Part shown: piece after piece, positions 48,866 to 58,360 of the stretch | Position numbering within the stretch: the stretch's first letter is position 1 | Layout of the letters: the number at the start of each line of letters is the position of its first letter | NCBI GenBank assembly: GCA_963739595.1 | Contig: CAVUBA010000037.1 | Span: 19,627-83,626 of the forward strand | Origin: an uncultured Thermoleophilia bacterium | Lineage (GTDB): Bacteria; Actinomycetota; Thermoleophilia; UBA2241 | Direction of reading: 5' to 3' | Length of the DNA: 64,000 nt | Notes under the pieces: model-generated | Database searches by the model: none | Seen by the model: only the letters and a program-made list of their open reading frames with translations | What the model was told of the DNA's origin: nothing | Made by a program: the position numbers and the translations under genes

Positions 48866-50272
48866 GCCGTCACCTCCTTGACGGCCGAGACCAACGCGTC
48901 GATGTCGGCCTGGTCGTAGTACTCGGTGACGCAGTAGAGGGCGCTCTGCCCGAGCTCGGGGAACTCGGCCGAGACGTCCTTGCCGCCGAAGATCTGGTGG
49001 CCGAGCAGCGCCTTGTTGACCTCGGCCACGCTCTTGCCGGTGCCGTCGAAGTTGACGACGAACTCCTTGAAGAAGCTCGGCGAGAGCTTGACCTCCACGC
49101 CCGGCAGCTCGCCGAGCTTCTTGGCCGCGTAGTGCGAGCGGGTGATGCAGGTCTCGCCGACCTCTCTGAAGCCCTGCGGGCCCATGAGCGCCATGTAGAC
49201 GGCGGCGGCGATGGTCCACAGGCCGGACGCCGTGCCGACCCAGTCCTTGCCCTGGTCGCGCATGCCGTAGCTCGTGCGATCGGCCATCGCCTCGCCCACC
49301 GAGTACTGGCCGGGGGTGGCCGTCTCCATGACGGTGTAGAGCTCGAGCGGGCACTCCTGGGCGAAGACCGGGTCGTCGTCCTTGAAGGCGATGAAGCCGG
49401 AGCAGCCGCCGCCGGCGTGCATGTGCATGCCGAGCGGCTGGATGTCGCCGCAGGCGATGTCGGCGCCGATGGTGCCGGGCGGCGCGAGCACGCCGAGCGT
49501 GATCGGGTCGACGCCGTTGATGGCGAGCGCGCCCACCGAGTGGGCGAGCTTCACGATCTCGGCGCCGTTGGCCTCGATGGTGCCGAGGTAGCCGGGGCTC
49601 TCCCAGTACACGGCGGCGTAGGAGTCGTCCAGCTTCGCCTTGAGGTCCTCGAGGTCCACCATGCCGGTCTCGCGGTCCCACTCGTAGAAGCGGATCTTGG
49701 TGCTGTTGGCCATCGACTCCGGCTGGCAGAGCGTGCGCGCCTCCATCAGGCGCATCGGGCTCATGTGCGCCGGGACGAGGACCGTGTCACGGCCGGTGAT
49801 GCGCCGGGCCATGCGGAACGAGCGCCCGGCCACGTCGCCCCAGTCGTAGATGGGGTTGGCGACGGCGTCGTAGTCGAGCAGCTCGCCGAGCATGCTGTTG
49901 AACTCGTAGCGCGTGAGGTACTTGCCGAGGTCGCTGTAGTCGCCGCCGCAGTAGGCGCTCAGGAACTCGGCGCGGTTGATGATCTCGTCGACGACGGACG
50001 GCACGTGGTGCTGCCAGCAGCCGGCGCCGCAGAAGTTCATGAAGTCGACGGACGAGGAGTTCTTGTCGAGCAGGCCCTGCACGTGCTTGCGCAGCTGCCG
50101 CTCGGAGAGGATCGCCGGCGGGATGTCCAGCGCGCCCTTGAAGCGCAGGCGGTCGGGGATCTCGGCGTAGATCTCCTCCACGCTGCTCGAGCCCGAGCTC
50201 GTCGAGCATCGCCTGCTTGGTCTCAGGCACCGAGTTCGGGATGTAGGGGTGGACGAACGGTTTCTCAGCCAT
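48862..50272 (-). CDS. gcvPA: Glycine dehydrogenase (aminomethyl-transferring) subunit 1; one frame change
   Basis: MAEKPFVHPYIPNSVPETKQAMLDELGL is the family N-terminus. It continues in the 48862..50181 frame (...FMNFCGAGCWQHHVPSVVDEII...). The change is at about 50190. Confidence 0.85.
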
Positions 50273-50307
50273 GGTCTGCGAAGCGCTCCTTCCCTTGATG
50301 GACGGGA

Positions 50308-51096
50308 TCAGTCGTAGCCGTAGCCCGCCGAAGTGCCGAAGTCGATGGAGATGTTCGCGCCGGTGATCGGCGCCGCCGGCGCGGAGGCGAGGAAGAAGAT
50401 GAGCTCCGCCACCTCCTCCGGCGTGATGAAGCGCGCCTTCTCGCCCTGCGGGTAGCTCGTGAGCAGGCGCTTGAAGTAGCCCTCCTGGTCGTCGCCGCCG
50501 TAGGTGTCCGCCTGGTACTGGAGCATCGGCGTCATGATGTCCGCCGGGCACACGGCATTGACGCGCACGAGGTGAGGCGCGAGCTCGATGGCGAGCGCCT
50601 TGGTCAGCAGGCTCACGCCGCCCTTGGACGCCGTGTAGACCGCCGTCTCCGGCGTCCCGACCAGGCCGCAGTCCGAGCTGAGGACGATGATGCAGCCCTC
50701 GGTCTTCTTGAGCTCCGGGATGGCGCGGCTGCAGGCGAAGAACGTGCCCTTGAGGTTCACGTCCATCACGCGGTCCCAGTCCGCCTCGGTCATGGTCTCC
50801 GTGGGTCCCTCGACCCACAGGCCGGCGGTGGTGACGAGCACGTCGATGCGCCCCGTCGCCTGCACGGCCTCGGCCATGAGGTTCTCGATGTCGGCGACGC
50901 TGGTGACGTCGCAGGCGACCCCGTGGACCTCGCTGATCGCCGCCACCTGGCCGCACAGGTCTTCGAGGGCGACGGCGTTCAGGTCGCCCAGCACCAGGGT
51001 CGCGCCGGCCTCGGCGAAGCGTCGCGCGACCGCCGCGCCCACGCCGCCGGCAGCTCCCGTCACGACCACCGTCTTGCCGCTCATGTCGGACGTCAT
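50308..51096 (-). CDS. SDR-family oxidoreductase
   Basis: TGAAGGVG cofactor motif and YTASK (YxxxK). GGGGGAGG lies upstream of ATG 51096. Intact. Confidence 0.85.
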   Translation of the reverse strand: MTSDMSGKTVVVTGAAGGVGAAVARRFAEAGATLVLGDLNAVALEDLCGQVAAISEVHGVACDVTSVADIENLMAEAVQATGRIDVLVTTAGLWVEGPTETMTEADWDRVMDVNLKGTFFACSRAIPELKKTEGCIIVLSSDCGLVGTPETAVYTASKGGVSLLTKALAIELAPHLVRVNAVCPADIMTPMLQYQADTYGGDDQEGYFKRLLTSYPQGEKARFITPEEVAELIFFLASAPAAPITGANISIDFGTSAGYGYD

Positions 51097-51193
51097 ACGC
51101 CTCCCCCTGTGGCGAATGCTGAATGACCGTTCACTGTCCGGCAAGCATACCGTGAGAGGCCGGGGGCTGACTACGTTCTGAGCCGGCGGCGCG

Positions 51194-52324
51194 TCAGCCG
51201 CAGAAGAGGCGCGCCGCACCCTCGAGCACGGCCGCGGTCTGCGCGACCGAGGCGAGGTCGACCCACTCCCCGGCCGTGTGCTCGCCGTGGCCGGAGGGGC
51301 CGAAGGTCACGCAGGGGATGCCGGCCTCCACGAGCAGGCCGGAGTCGCCCCAGCCGATGTCGCCGCACAGCTCGGCCGGCCGGCCGAGGACGGCGCCGGC
51401 CGCCGCCGCCACGGCCTTGATCACCGGCTCGTCGTGCGCCATCTCCATCGCCTCGCGGGCGACGACGGTGCGCAGCTCGGCGCGGAAGCGCGGGTCGGCG
51501 ATGCGGGCCGCCTCGAGCAGCGCCTCCATCTCGGCGAGCGACTGCGCCACGGTCTCGCCGGCGATGGTGCAGCGCTCCACGCCCAGCGTGCAGCGCGCCG
51601 GGTACGCCGGCAGCTGCGTGCCGCCTTCGATCGTGCTCGCGTGGATGCTGCCGCGCCCGTAGGCGGCGTGCGGCCGGCGCGCGAGCTCGGCGTCCAGCGC
51701 CGAGATGCCGGCGAGCACCGGCGCCAGCAGGGCGATGGCGTCGACGCCGTGCTCGGGGTCGGCGCCGGCCGCCTCGACGCCGTGGCTCTCGACCTCGTAC
51801 CAGGCGAAGCCGCCGTGCTCGGTCACCACGTCGAGGCCGGTGCACTCGACGAGGATGCAGGCGTCCGGGCGGTGCCGCGCCGGGAGCGCCTCGGCGCCGG
51901 CGCTCTCCCACTCCTCATCGATCACGCCGGCCAGCAGAAGATCGCCGCGCAGACGGACGCCGCCGGCGAGCAGCGCCTCGGCGGCGAGGAGCATCGCCGC
52001 GAAGCCCGACTTCATGTCCGCGGCGCCCCGGCCGTACATGCGTCCGTCGCGCACGACCGGCTCGAACGCATCCGGGCCCCACGGCCCGACCACATCCAGG
52101 TGGCCGAGGAGCATCAGGGTGGGGCCGTCCCCGGAGCCGGGGAGCCGGCCGACGACGTTGGGCCGGCCGGGGAGCACGTCCCACAGGTCGACCTCCATGC
52201 CGAGGTCCTCCAGGCGCCGGGCGAGCCAGGCGGCGAACGCCCCCTCGCCCGGCCCGCCCGCCAGGCCCGGGTTCGTGCTGTCGATGCGCACCATCTCGGC
52301 CAGCAGGGCTTCGAGCTCCGACAT
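51194..52324 (-). CDS. M20-family metallopeptidase/deacylase (ArgE/DapE-like)
   Basis: LLGHLDVV, GRGAADMKSG and IDEEWES. GGAGGAA lies upstream of ATG 52324 (an alternative ATG is at 52348). Intact. Confidence 0.85.
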   Translation of the reverse strand: MSELEALLAEMVRIDSTNPGLAGGPGEGAFAAWLARRLEDLGMEVDLWDVLPGRPNVVGRLPGSGDGPTLMLLGHLDVVGPWGPDAFEPVVRDGRMYGRGAADMKSGFAAMLLAAEALLAGGVRLRGDLLLAGVIDEEWESAGAEALPARHRPDACILVECTGLDVVTEHGGFAWYEVESHGVEAAGADPEHGVDAIALLAPVLAGISALDAELARRPHAAYGRGSIHASTIEGGTQLPAYPARCTLGVERCTIAGETVAQSLAEMEALLEAARIADPRFRAELRTVVAREAMEMAHDEPVIKAVAAAAGAVLGRPAELCGDIGWGDSGLLVEAGIPCVTFGPSGHGEHTAGEWVDLASVAQTAAVLEGAARLFCG

Positions 52325-52457
52325 GTGTTCCTCCGCGGGTCTGCTCATGGCTCGGACGCCGTCACGATTTTGGCCATGATAGCAGGCACTTCGTGTGGTA
52401 TGTTGCGGGCCTGAAGCAGCCCTCGCCCGGCGACCCCGCCGGCGGAAAGGAGCGTCC

Positions 52458-54143
52458 ATGCACCGGAGGACTCCGCACCTCGTCCTCGCCCTCTCGGCCG
52501 CGGCGGTCGCGGTCGCGCTCCTCGTCGCCGGCTGTGGCGGCTCCACCTCGGGCTCCACGTCGCCCTCGCAGGCCGCCGCCGCCCCCGTGAAGGGCGGCAC
52601 CCTCGTCGCGACCTACCAGGGCGAGCCCCAGGGTCTCGACCCCGCCATCGACTGGGAGGGCCAGGGCTGGGCCATCGAGCACACCATGTTCAACACCTTC
52701 GTCAAGTACGCCTCCAAGCCCGGCGCGGCCGGCACGGAGATGCTCCCCGACCTCGCCACCGAGGTCCCGACCCAGGCCAACGGCGGCATCGCCGACGGCG
52801 GCAAGACGTACACCTTCCACCTCAAGAAGGGCATCAAGTTCGCGCCGCCGGTGGACCGGGAGGTCACGTCCGCCGACTTCAAGTACAGCTTCGAGCGCAT
52901 GATGGCCGACCCCAAGGCGCCGGCCACCGGCTTCTACACGGGCGTCGTCGGCGCCGAGGCCTTCATGGCGGGCAAGGCCAAGGAGATCGCCGGCTACACG
53001 ACGCCCGACAAGTACACCGTCGTCATCCACCTCTCCAAGCCGGACATGGCCTTCATGGGCGCCATGGCCATGTCGTTCACCGATGTGGTCGCCAAGGAGT
53101 GGGTCGACAAGTGGGGCCGGCAGATCAACCGCCACCCGCTCGGCACCGGCCCGTTCATGTTCGACCACTGGTCGGGGGGCCGCGAGATCCTCGTGACCCG
53201 CAACCCGAACTACTACGACCCGGCGTCGGTGTACCTGGACGCCGTGCGCTTCGAGTTCTCGCTCAACCCGTCCACCGCGGTCCTCAAGCTGCAGCGCGGA
53301 GATGTCAACGTGCTCGGCGACTACATCCCGCCGGCGGAGTACGTGCGCGTCAAGGCCGACCCGAACACCAGCAAGCTCGTCGTCGAAGAGCCGGTGATCG
53401 CCATCGACTACCTGTTCCTCAACCGCACCGTGAAGCCGTTCGACAACCTCAAGGTGCGCCAGGCGATCAGCATGGCCATCGACAGGACGCGCATCGTCAA
53501 GCTGCTCAGCGGCGCCGCCGACCCGCTCACGCAGCTGTACCCGGCCGGCCTCCCGGGCCATCAGGACGGAGCCGCCGGCGAGTTCTACGCCTACGACCCG
53601 GCGAAGGCCAAGCAGCTGCTCGCCGAGGCCGGCTTCCCCAACGGGTTCTCGACCACGCTGTACTCGCACAACGTCGACCCGTGGCCCAAGGTGCTGCAGT
53701 CGGTGCAGCAGGACCTCAAGGAGATCGGCATCACGGCCGACCTCAAGATCCTCGACAGGGCCACCTACTGGACGCTGATCGGCAAGCCGGGCAAGTGCGG
53801 CGTGGGCCTCAACGACTGGTGGATGGACTTCCCCGACCCGAGCGACTTCATCATCCCGCTGTACAGCAAGAGCACGGCGATCGACGAGGGCACCAACCCG
53901 AGCTTCTGGTGGAGCCCGCAGACCGAGGCGATGATCGCCGAGGCGCAGGCCAACACGGACGCGGCGGCGCGCACGCAGCAGTGGGTGGAGATCCAGAAGA
54001 CGATCATGGCCGACGCCCCGAGCGTGCCGCTGTACCAGCCCAAGGTGAACTCCATGCACACCGAGGACGTGGGCAACTTCTTCCTGCACCCGGTGTGGAT
54101 CTTCGACTACCCGGCGTACTACTTCACGACGCCGCAGCAGTAG
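52458..54143 (+). CDS. ABC transporter substrate-binding lipoprotein, family 5
   Basis: MHRRTPHLVLALSAAAVAVALLVAGCGG (lipobox). GGTLVATYQGEPQGLDPA... AAAGGAG upstream. Intact, 561 aa. No cognate permease genes are adjacent. Confidence 0.9.
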   Translation: MHRRTPHLVLALSAAAVAVALLVAGCGGSTSGSTSPSQAAAAPVKGGTLVATYQGEPQGLDPAIDWEGQGWAIEHTMFNTFVKYASKPGAAGTEMLPDLATEVPTQANGGIADGGKTYTFHLKKGIKFAPPVDREVTSADFKYSFERMMADPKAPATGFYTGVVGAEAFMAGKAKEIAGYTTPDKYTVVIHLSKPDMAFMGAMAMSFTDVVAKEWVDKWGRQINRHPLGTGPFMFDHWSGGREILVTRNPNYYDPASVYLDAVRFEFSLNPSTAVLKLQRGDVNVLGDYIPPAEYVRVKADPNTSKLVVEEPVIAIDYLFLNRTVKPFDNLKVRQAISMAIDRTRIVKLLSGAADPLTQLYPAGLPGHQDGAAGEFYAYDPAKAKQLLAEAGFPNGFSTTLYSHNVDPWPKVLQSVQQDLKEIGITADLKILDRATYWTLIGKPGKCGVGLNDWWMDFPDPSDFIIPLYSKSTAIDEGTNPSFWWSPQTEAMIAEAQANTDAAARTQQWVEIQKTIMADAPSVPLYQPKVNSMHTEDVGNFFLHPVWIFDYPAYYFTTPQQ

Positions 54144-54513
54144 GCCACGAAGCCGATCCGGCGAGCCGGAGCGGCGACGCCCGGCGCGCGCGGCGGCGAG
54201 ATAGTCGGCCACGTCGGGTGTCTCGCCGCTCTGGCTGATGCCGATCACGAGGCAGTCGCGGAAGTCGGGCCGCGCGCCGTAGAGCGTCGCGGCGCTCGGC
54301 GTGGCGAGGCCCGCCGGCACGCCGGCCAGGATGGTGGCCAGGTACTTGCCGTAGACGGCGGCGTTGTCGCTGGTCCCGCGTGCCGCATACAACGCGAAGC
54401 GCACACCTGCGGCACGCGCCTCGCGCGCCGCCTCCTCGAACGGCCGCAGATCGGCGGTCAGCCTGGCGACCACCGCCGGCTGCTCGATGATCTCGTCTCG
54501 CATCGCCGTCATG
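54124..54513 (-). pseudogene. Truncated SIS-domain (GlmS/FrlB/AgaS-like sugar-phosphate isomerase/deglycase) gene: N-terminal third only
   Basis: MTAMRDEIIEQPAVVARL...VRFALYAARGTSDNAAVYGKYLATIL...CLVIGISQSGETPDVADYLAAARA is the first SIS domain. The reading then runs into, and antisense to, the end of the SBP gene. The expected roughly 200 further residues are absent. Confidence 0.6.
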
Positions 54514-54563
54514 CTGCCCGCCTTGCGCGCCCACACTCGGACGGCTTAGGGTTGCGTCATACA

Positions 54564-54589
54564 AAGCATACCAAGTAGTAGAAGCATAC
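54564..54589. promoter_or_regulatory. Direct repeat AAGCATAC x2 (18-bp spacing) in the divergent AT-richer promoter region
   Basis: aagcatac at 54564-54571 and 54582-54589, with a third catac at 54558-54562. They lie between the SIS fragment (-) and the aminotransferase-GntR-permease genes (+). Confidence 0.3.
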
Positions 54590-54608
54590 GAACCACCGCC
54601 GTCATGAG

Positions 54609-55973
54609 GTGTCCATGGACTTCGAGACCGCGTACCCGCGCTACGCCGCCCGCTCCGGCCGAGCTGTTCCGCGAAGCCAGCGAGATCATCCCCGGCGGCG
54701 CCGGCAGCAGCGCGCGCACCGTCAAGTTCGGCTGGAAGCCCTATCCCCCGTTCATCGCCGACGGCACCGGCGTCCCACATCACCGACGTCGACGGCCACG
54801 AGTACATCGACTACCTGCTCGGCCTCGGGCCGGACATCCTCGGCCACCGCCACCCGGTGGTCACCCGGGCGGTGGCCGACGCCATCGAGAGCTACGGCAC
54901 GTCGTTCGGCCTCCCCTACGAGCTCGAGATCGAGGCGGCGCGCAAGGTCGTCGAGGCCGTCCCCAGCATCGAGATGGTGCGCTTCACCAACTCGGGCAGC
55001 GAGGCGGTCGGCACCGCCGTGCGCCTCGCCCGCGCCTACACCGGCCGGCGCATCCTCGTGCGCTTCGAGGGCCACTACCACGGCTGGCAGGACGTCGTGT
55101 ACTGGAGCAACCACGTCGACCCGGCCGCGGCCGGGCCGGCGGAGCGGCCGCGCCCGGTCGCCGCCGGCCCCGGCGTCCCGCTCGAACTGGCGGACACGCT
55201 CGAGGTGCTCACCTGGAACGACCCCGAGAGCTTCCAGCGCCTCATGGACGAGCGCGGCGACGAGATCGCCGCCGTCATCACCGAGCCGGCCGTGTTCAAC
55301 ACCGGCGCCATCCTGCCGGAGCCGGGCTACCTCGAGCTGCTGCGCGCCGAGACCAGGAAGCACGGCGCGCTGCTCATCTTCGACGAGGTCATCACCGGCT
55401 TCCGCTTCTGCCGCGGCGGCGGCCAGGAGTGGTTCGGCGTCATGCCCGACCTCACGACGCTCGCCAAGGGCCTCGGCGGCGGCTTCCCCGTGGCCGCCAT
55501 CGGCGGCACGCGCGAGGTCATGAGCATGATCGCCGAGGGCCGCTACTCCCACTCCGGCACCTACAACGCCAACGTCGTCCAGTGCGCCGCCGTCTCGGCC
55601 ACGATGGACCTGCTCGACGACCCGGACTGGTACGCGCGCCAGCGGGCGCTCGGCGACCGGCTGGCCGCCGGCCTGCGCGATCTCTGCGCGCGAGCAGGGC
55701 ATCCCGGCGCGCGTCGAGGGGCTCGGCACCGTCTTCCAGCTCTGGTTCACGGACCACGCGATCCGCGACTGGCGTGACGCCGAACGCTATGCCGACGAAG
55801 CGCTGTTCACGCGCTGGTACCAGGAGATGCTTCTGCGCGGCGTCCTCTTCCACCCGAGCCAGTACGAGAACCTCTTCGTCTCGATGGTCCACACGGACGA
55901 GGACATCGACCGCACGCTCGAGGCGGCGAGCGGGGCGATCGCCACCATCGTTGCCGAGCGGCGCGGCGGATGA
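54609..55973 (+). CDS. Class III (GSA-aminomutase-like) PLP-dependent aminotransferase; three frame changes
   Basis: ...AELFREASEIIPGGAGSSAR..., ...ITDVDGHEYIDYLLGLGPDILGHRHP..., ...FTNSGSEAV..., ...LIFDEVITGFR..., ...TLAKGLGGGFP (PLP Lys)... The frames run 54609 -> 54604 -> 54857 -> the final frame, which ends at stop 55971-55973. Confidence 0.8.
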
Positions 55974-55983
55974 GGCCGGTGCG

Positions 55984-56820
55984 ATGAGCCTGCTCGACGC
56001 CGATCCGCGCCCGCGACCCTCGCCGGGACGCCGACCGTTGCGCTACCACCGCGTGATCGACCTCGTGGAGGAGATCATCCGGACCGAGGACCTGCGGCCC
56101 GGCAGCCTGCTGCCGACGCAGAGGGAGCTGGCGGACCGTGCCGGCGTCAGCCTGATCACGGTCCGCAGAGCGCTGGACGAACTCGAGCGTGAGGGCCGTG
56201 TCGCCGGCCATCAGGGCGTCGGCACCTTCGTCGCCCGGCCGCGGATCGTCACCGACCCGGTCCACAGCGGCGGCCTGCTCGGCACGTTCGACGAGCAGGC
56301 GGCGCCGCGCAGCGTCGAAACACGGCTGCTCAAGCTCGGCGCGGCGACGCCGCGGGCGACCGTGGCGCAGACACTGCACCTGCCCGACGAGGCGCTCGTC
56401 TGGCAGGTCGAGCGACTGCGGCACATCGACGGGCGACCCTGCGTGATCGAGGAGGCGCTGATCCCGCAGGCGCTCGCCCCAGGGCTCGACGCCCGTCGAC
56501 GCGAGCTCACGGGGTCGCTCTACTCGCTCCTGAACAGGGCCTACGGTCTCGTCGACCACCACGAAGAGCAGTACCTGGAGATCGCGACGCCGGGACGCCG
56601 GGAGCGTCGTCTCCTGGACCTGGCGCCGCGCACCAAGGTCGTCCGCCTGCGCGGCGTCAGCTTCACCCCCGACGACGTCGCCTTCGACTGCTTCGAGCAG
56701 ATCTATCCGGCGGACGACTTCGTCTTCTACATCTCCGGTCAGACGGCCCGCCGGCTCTTCCGGCCGGCGGCCCTGAGCGACTGGGGAGCCACGCCCGCCG
56801 CGGACACGCGGGACGCGTGA
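55984..56820 (+). CDS. GntR-family regulator, HutC subfamily (wHTH + UTRA)
   Basis: LPTQRELADRAGVSLITVRRALDELEREGRV, with a UTRA-like C-terminal half. Intact. Confidence 0.85.
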   Translation: MSLLDADPRPRPSPGRRPLRYHRVIDLVEEIIRTEDLRPGSLLPTQRELADRAGVSLITVRRALDELEREGRVAGHQGVGTFVARPRIVTDPVHSGGLLGTFDEQAAPRSVETRLLKLGAATPRATVAQTLHLPDEALVWQVERLRHIDGRPCVIEEALIPQALAPGLDARRRELTGSLYSLLNRAYGLVDHHEEQYLEIATPGRRERRLLDLAPRTKVVRLRGVSFTPDDVAFDCFEQIYPADDFVFYISGQTARRLFRPAALSDWGATPAADTRDA

Positions 56821-56850
56821 CGGCGGGAGCGTCGAGAAGGAGGAGGCATC

Positions 56851-58318
56851 GTGTCCACAGTAGTCACCCCCAAACCCGAAGGCACGGATACTCCCAAGGG
56901 TCTCAAGAAGGGCGCCCTGAACATCGGCGACGTCGTGATCATGGCGCTCGCCAGTTCGGGTCCCGACGCAGAGCATCGCCGTCGGCATCGTCGGGCTCAT
57001 GGTCGCGGTGATGTACCACACCTTCCTGCCGATCCTGATCTGCTTCATCCCCATGATCGGCATCGCCTGGGGCTACCAGCGCCTCAACGCCTGGCAGCCG
57101 AGTGCCGGTGCGACCTACTCGTGGGTCGGGCGGGCGCTGAACCCACACGCCGGCTTCTTCGTCGGCTGGATCATGCTGATGTACTACACGATCGGCACGA
57201 CCAGCCTCACCGTGCCGCTCGGCACCTACTTCCTCAGCTTCTTCAGCAACTCCGCGGCCAACAACAAGTACGACGTCGCCATCGTCGGCTCCATCCTCAA
57301 CATCCTCGTCCTGGTCGTCGCCGCCCTCGGCATCAAGCTCTCGGCGCGCTTCAACTGGGTCTGGGCGATGTTCGAGTACGCACTGATGATCGGCTTCGCC
57401 GTCGCCGCCCTGTGGATGATCTACGTCACGGGCCTCTCCGGCGCCGTGCACACGTTCAGCTCGCTGTTCACGCTGCCCAAGGGCGGCCTGATCACCGGCA
57501 TCCTGATCGCGATCTTCCTCTACTCGGGCTGGGACACCGCCGCATACGTCGGCGAGGAGGCGAAGGGCAAGCAGGCCGGCAGCGCCGCCATCCTGAGCGT
57601 CGTCATCTTGTTCTTCATCTACTCGTTCGTGATCTTCGCCTTCCAGGGGATCGCCCCGTTCCACACGATGCAGGCCAACGAAGCCAACATCCTCGCGTTC
57701 GTGGGCGACAAGATCGGCGGCAGCTTCTGGAAGAACGTGATGATCGTCGCCGTGCTCGGCGGAACGCTCGCCTCACTGCAGGCAGCCATCGTGAGCTCCG
57801 GCCGCATCTCCTTCGCGATGGGCCGTGACCGCGTGTTCCCGAAGTTCTTCGACAGCGTCCACCCGCGGTGGCGGACGCCCTGGAACGCGACCATCCTGCT
57901 CGGCCTGCTCAACGTCGTCTTCCTGTGGGGGACCACGCTGTTCTCGAGCATCGGGACCGCCCTGGACAACATCGTGAGCACGCTGGGCATCATGGCGGCG
58001 ATCTTCTACATGCTCACCGCCTTCACTGCCGTCTGGTACTACCGGCGCGTGATCACCAAGAACGCCGGCAACCTCATCCTGGGAGGGATCCTGCCGGGGT
58101 TCGGCGCCGCCTTCATGGCCTTCGTCATCGTCTACTCGCTGGCGACCGGCCAGCTCACGGCCACGAACATGATCTTCGGCTTCGGCCTGGCGCTCGTCGG
58201 GCTGATCCTGTCGTTCATCTCCAGCGGGGTCGGCCACGCGAAGTTCTACACCGATCCCAGCACGAGCTTCGGCGACAAGGTGGACGAGACGCTGGACCGG
58301 CCCGGACCGCCGCGTTAG
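56851..58318 (+). CDS. APC-superfamily amino acid/polyamine permease; one frame change
   Basis: The GTG follows GAAGGAGGAGG. ...GALNIGDVVIMALASSGP continues in the 56999 frame with about 12 TM segments. The change is at about 56965. Confidence 0.85.
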
Positions 58319-58360
58319 GGGTCCGGGCTCTGACCTGACACACGACGAGAAGGCGATGCG

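Noticed and set aside
50273-51193. Glycine riboswitch upstream of gcvPA.
   Set aside because: Only 35 nt separate gcvPA from the upstream SDR gene. The 97-nt gap before the SDR gene lacks the tandem GGAGAG...CACCG/ACCGAAGGGGCAA-type cores.
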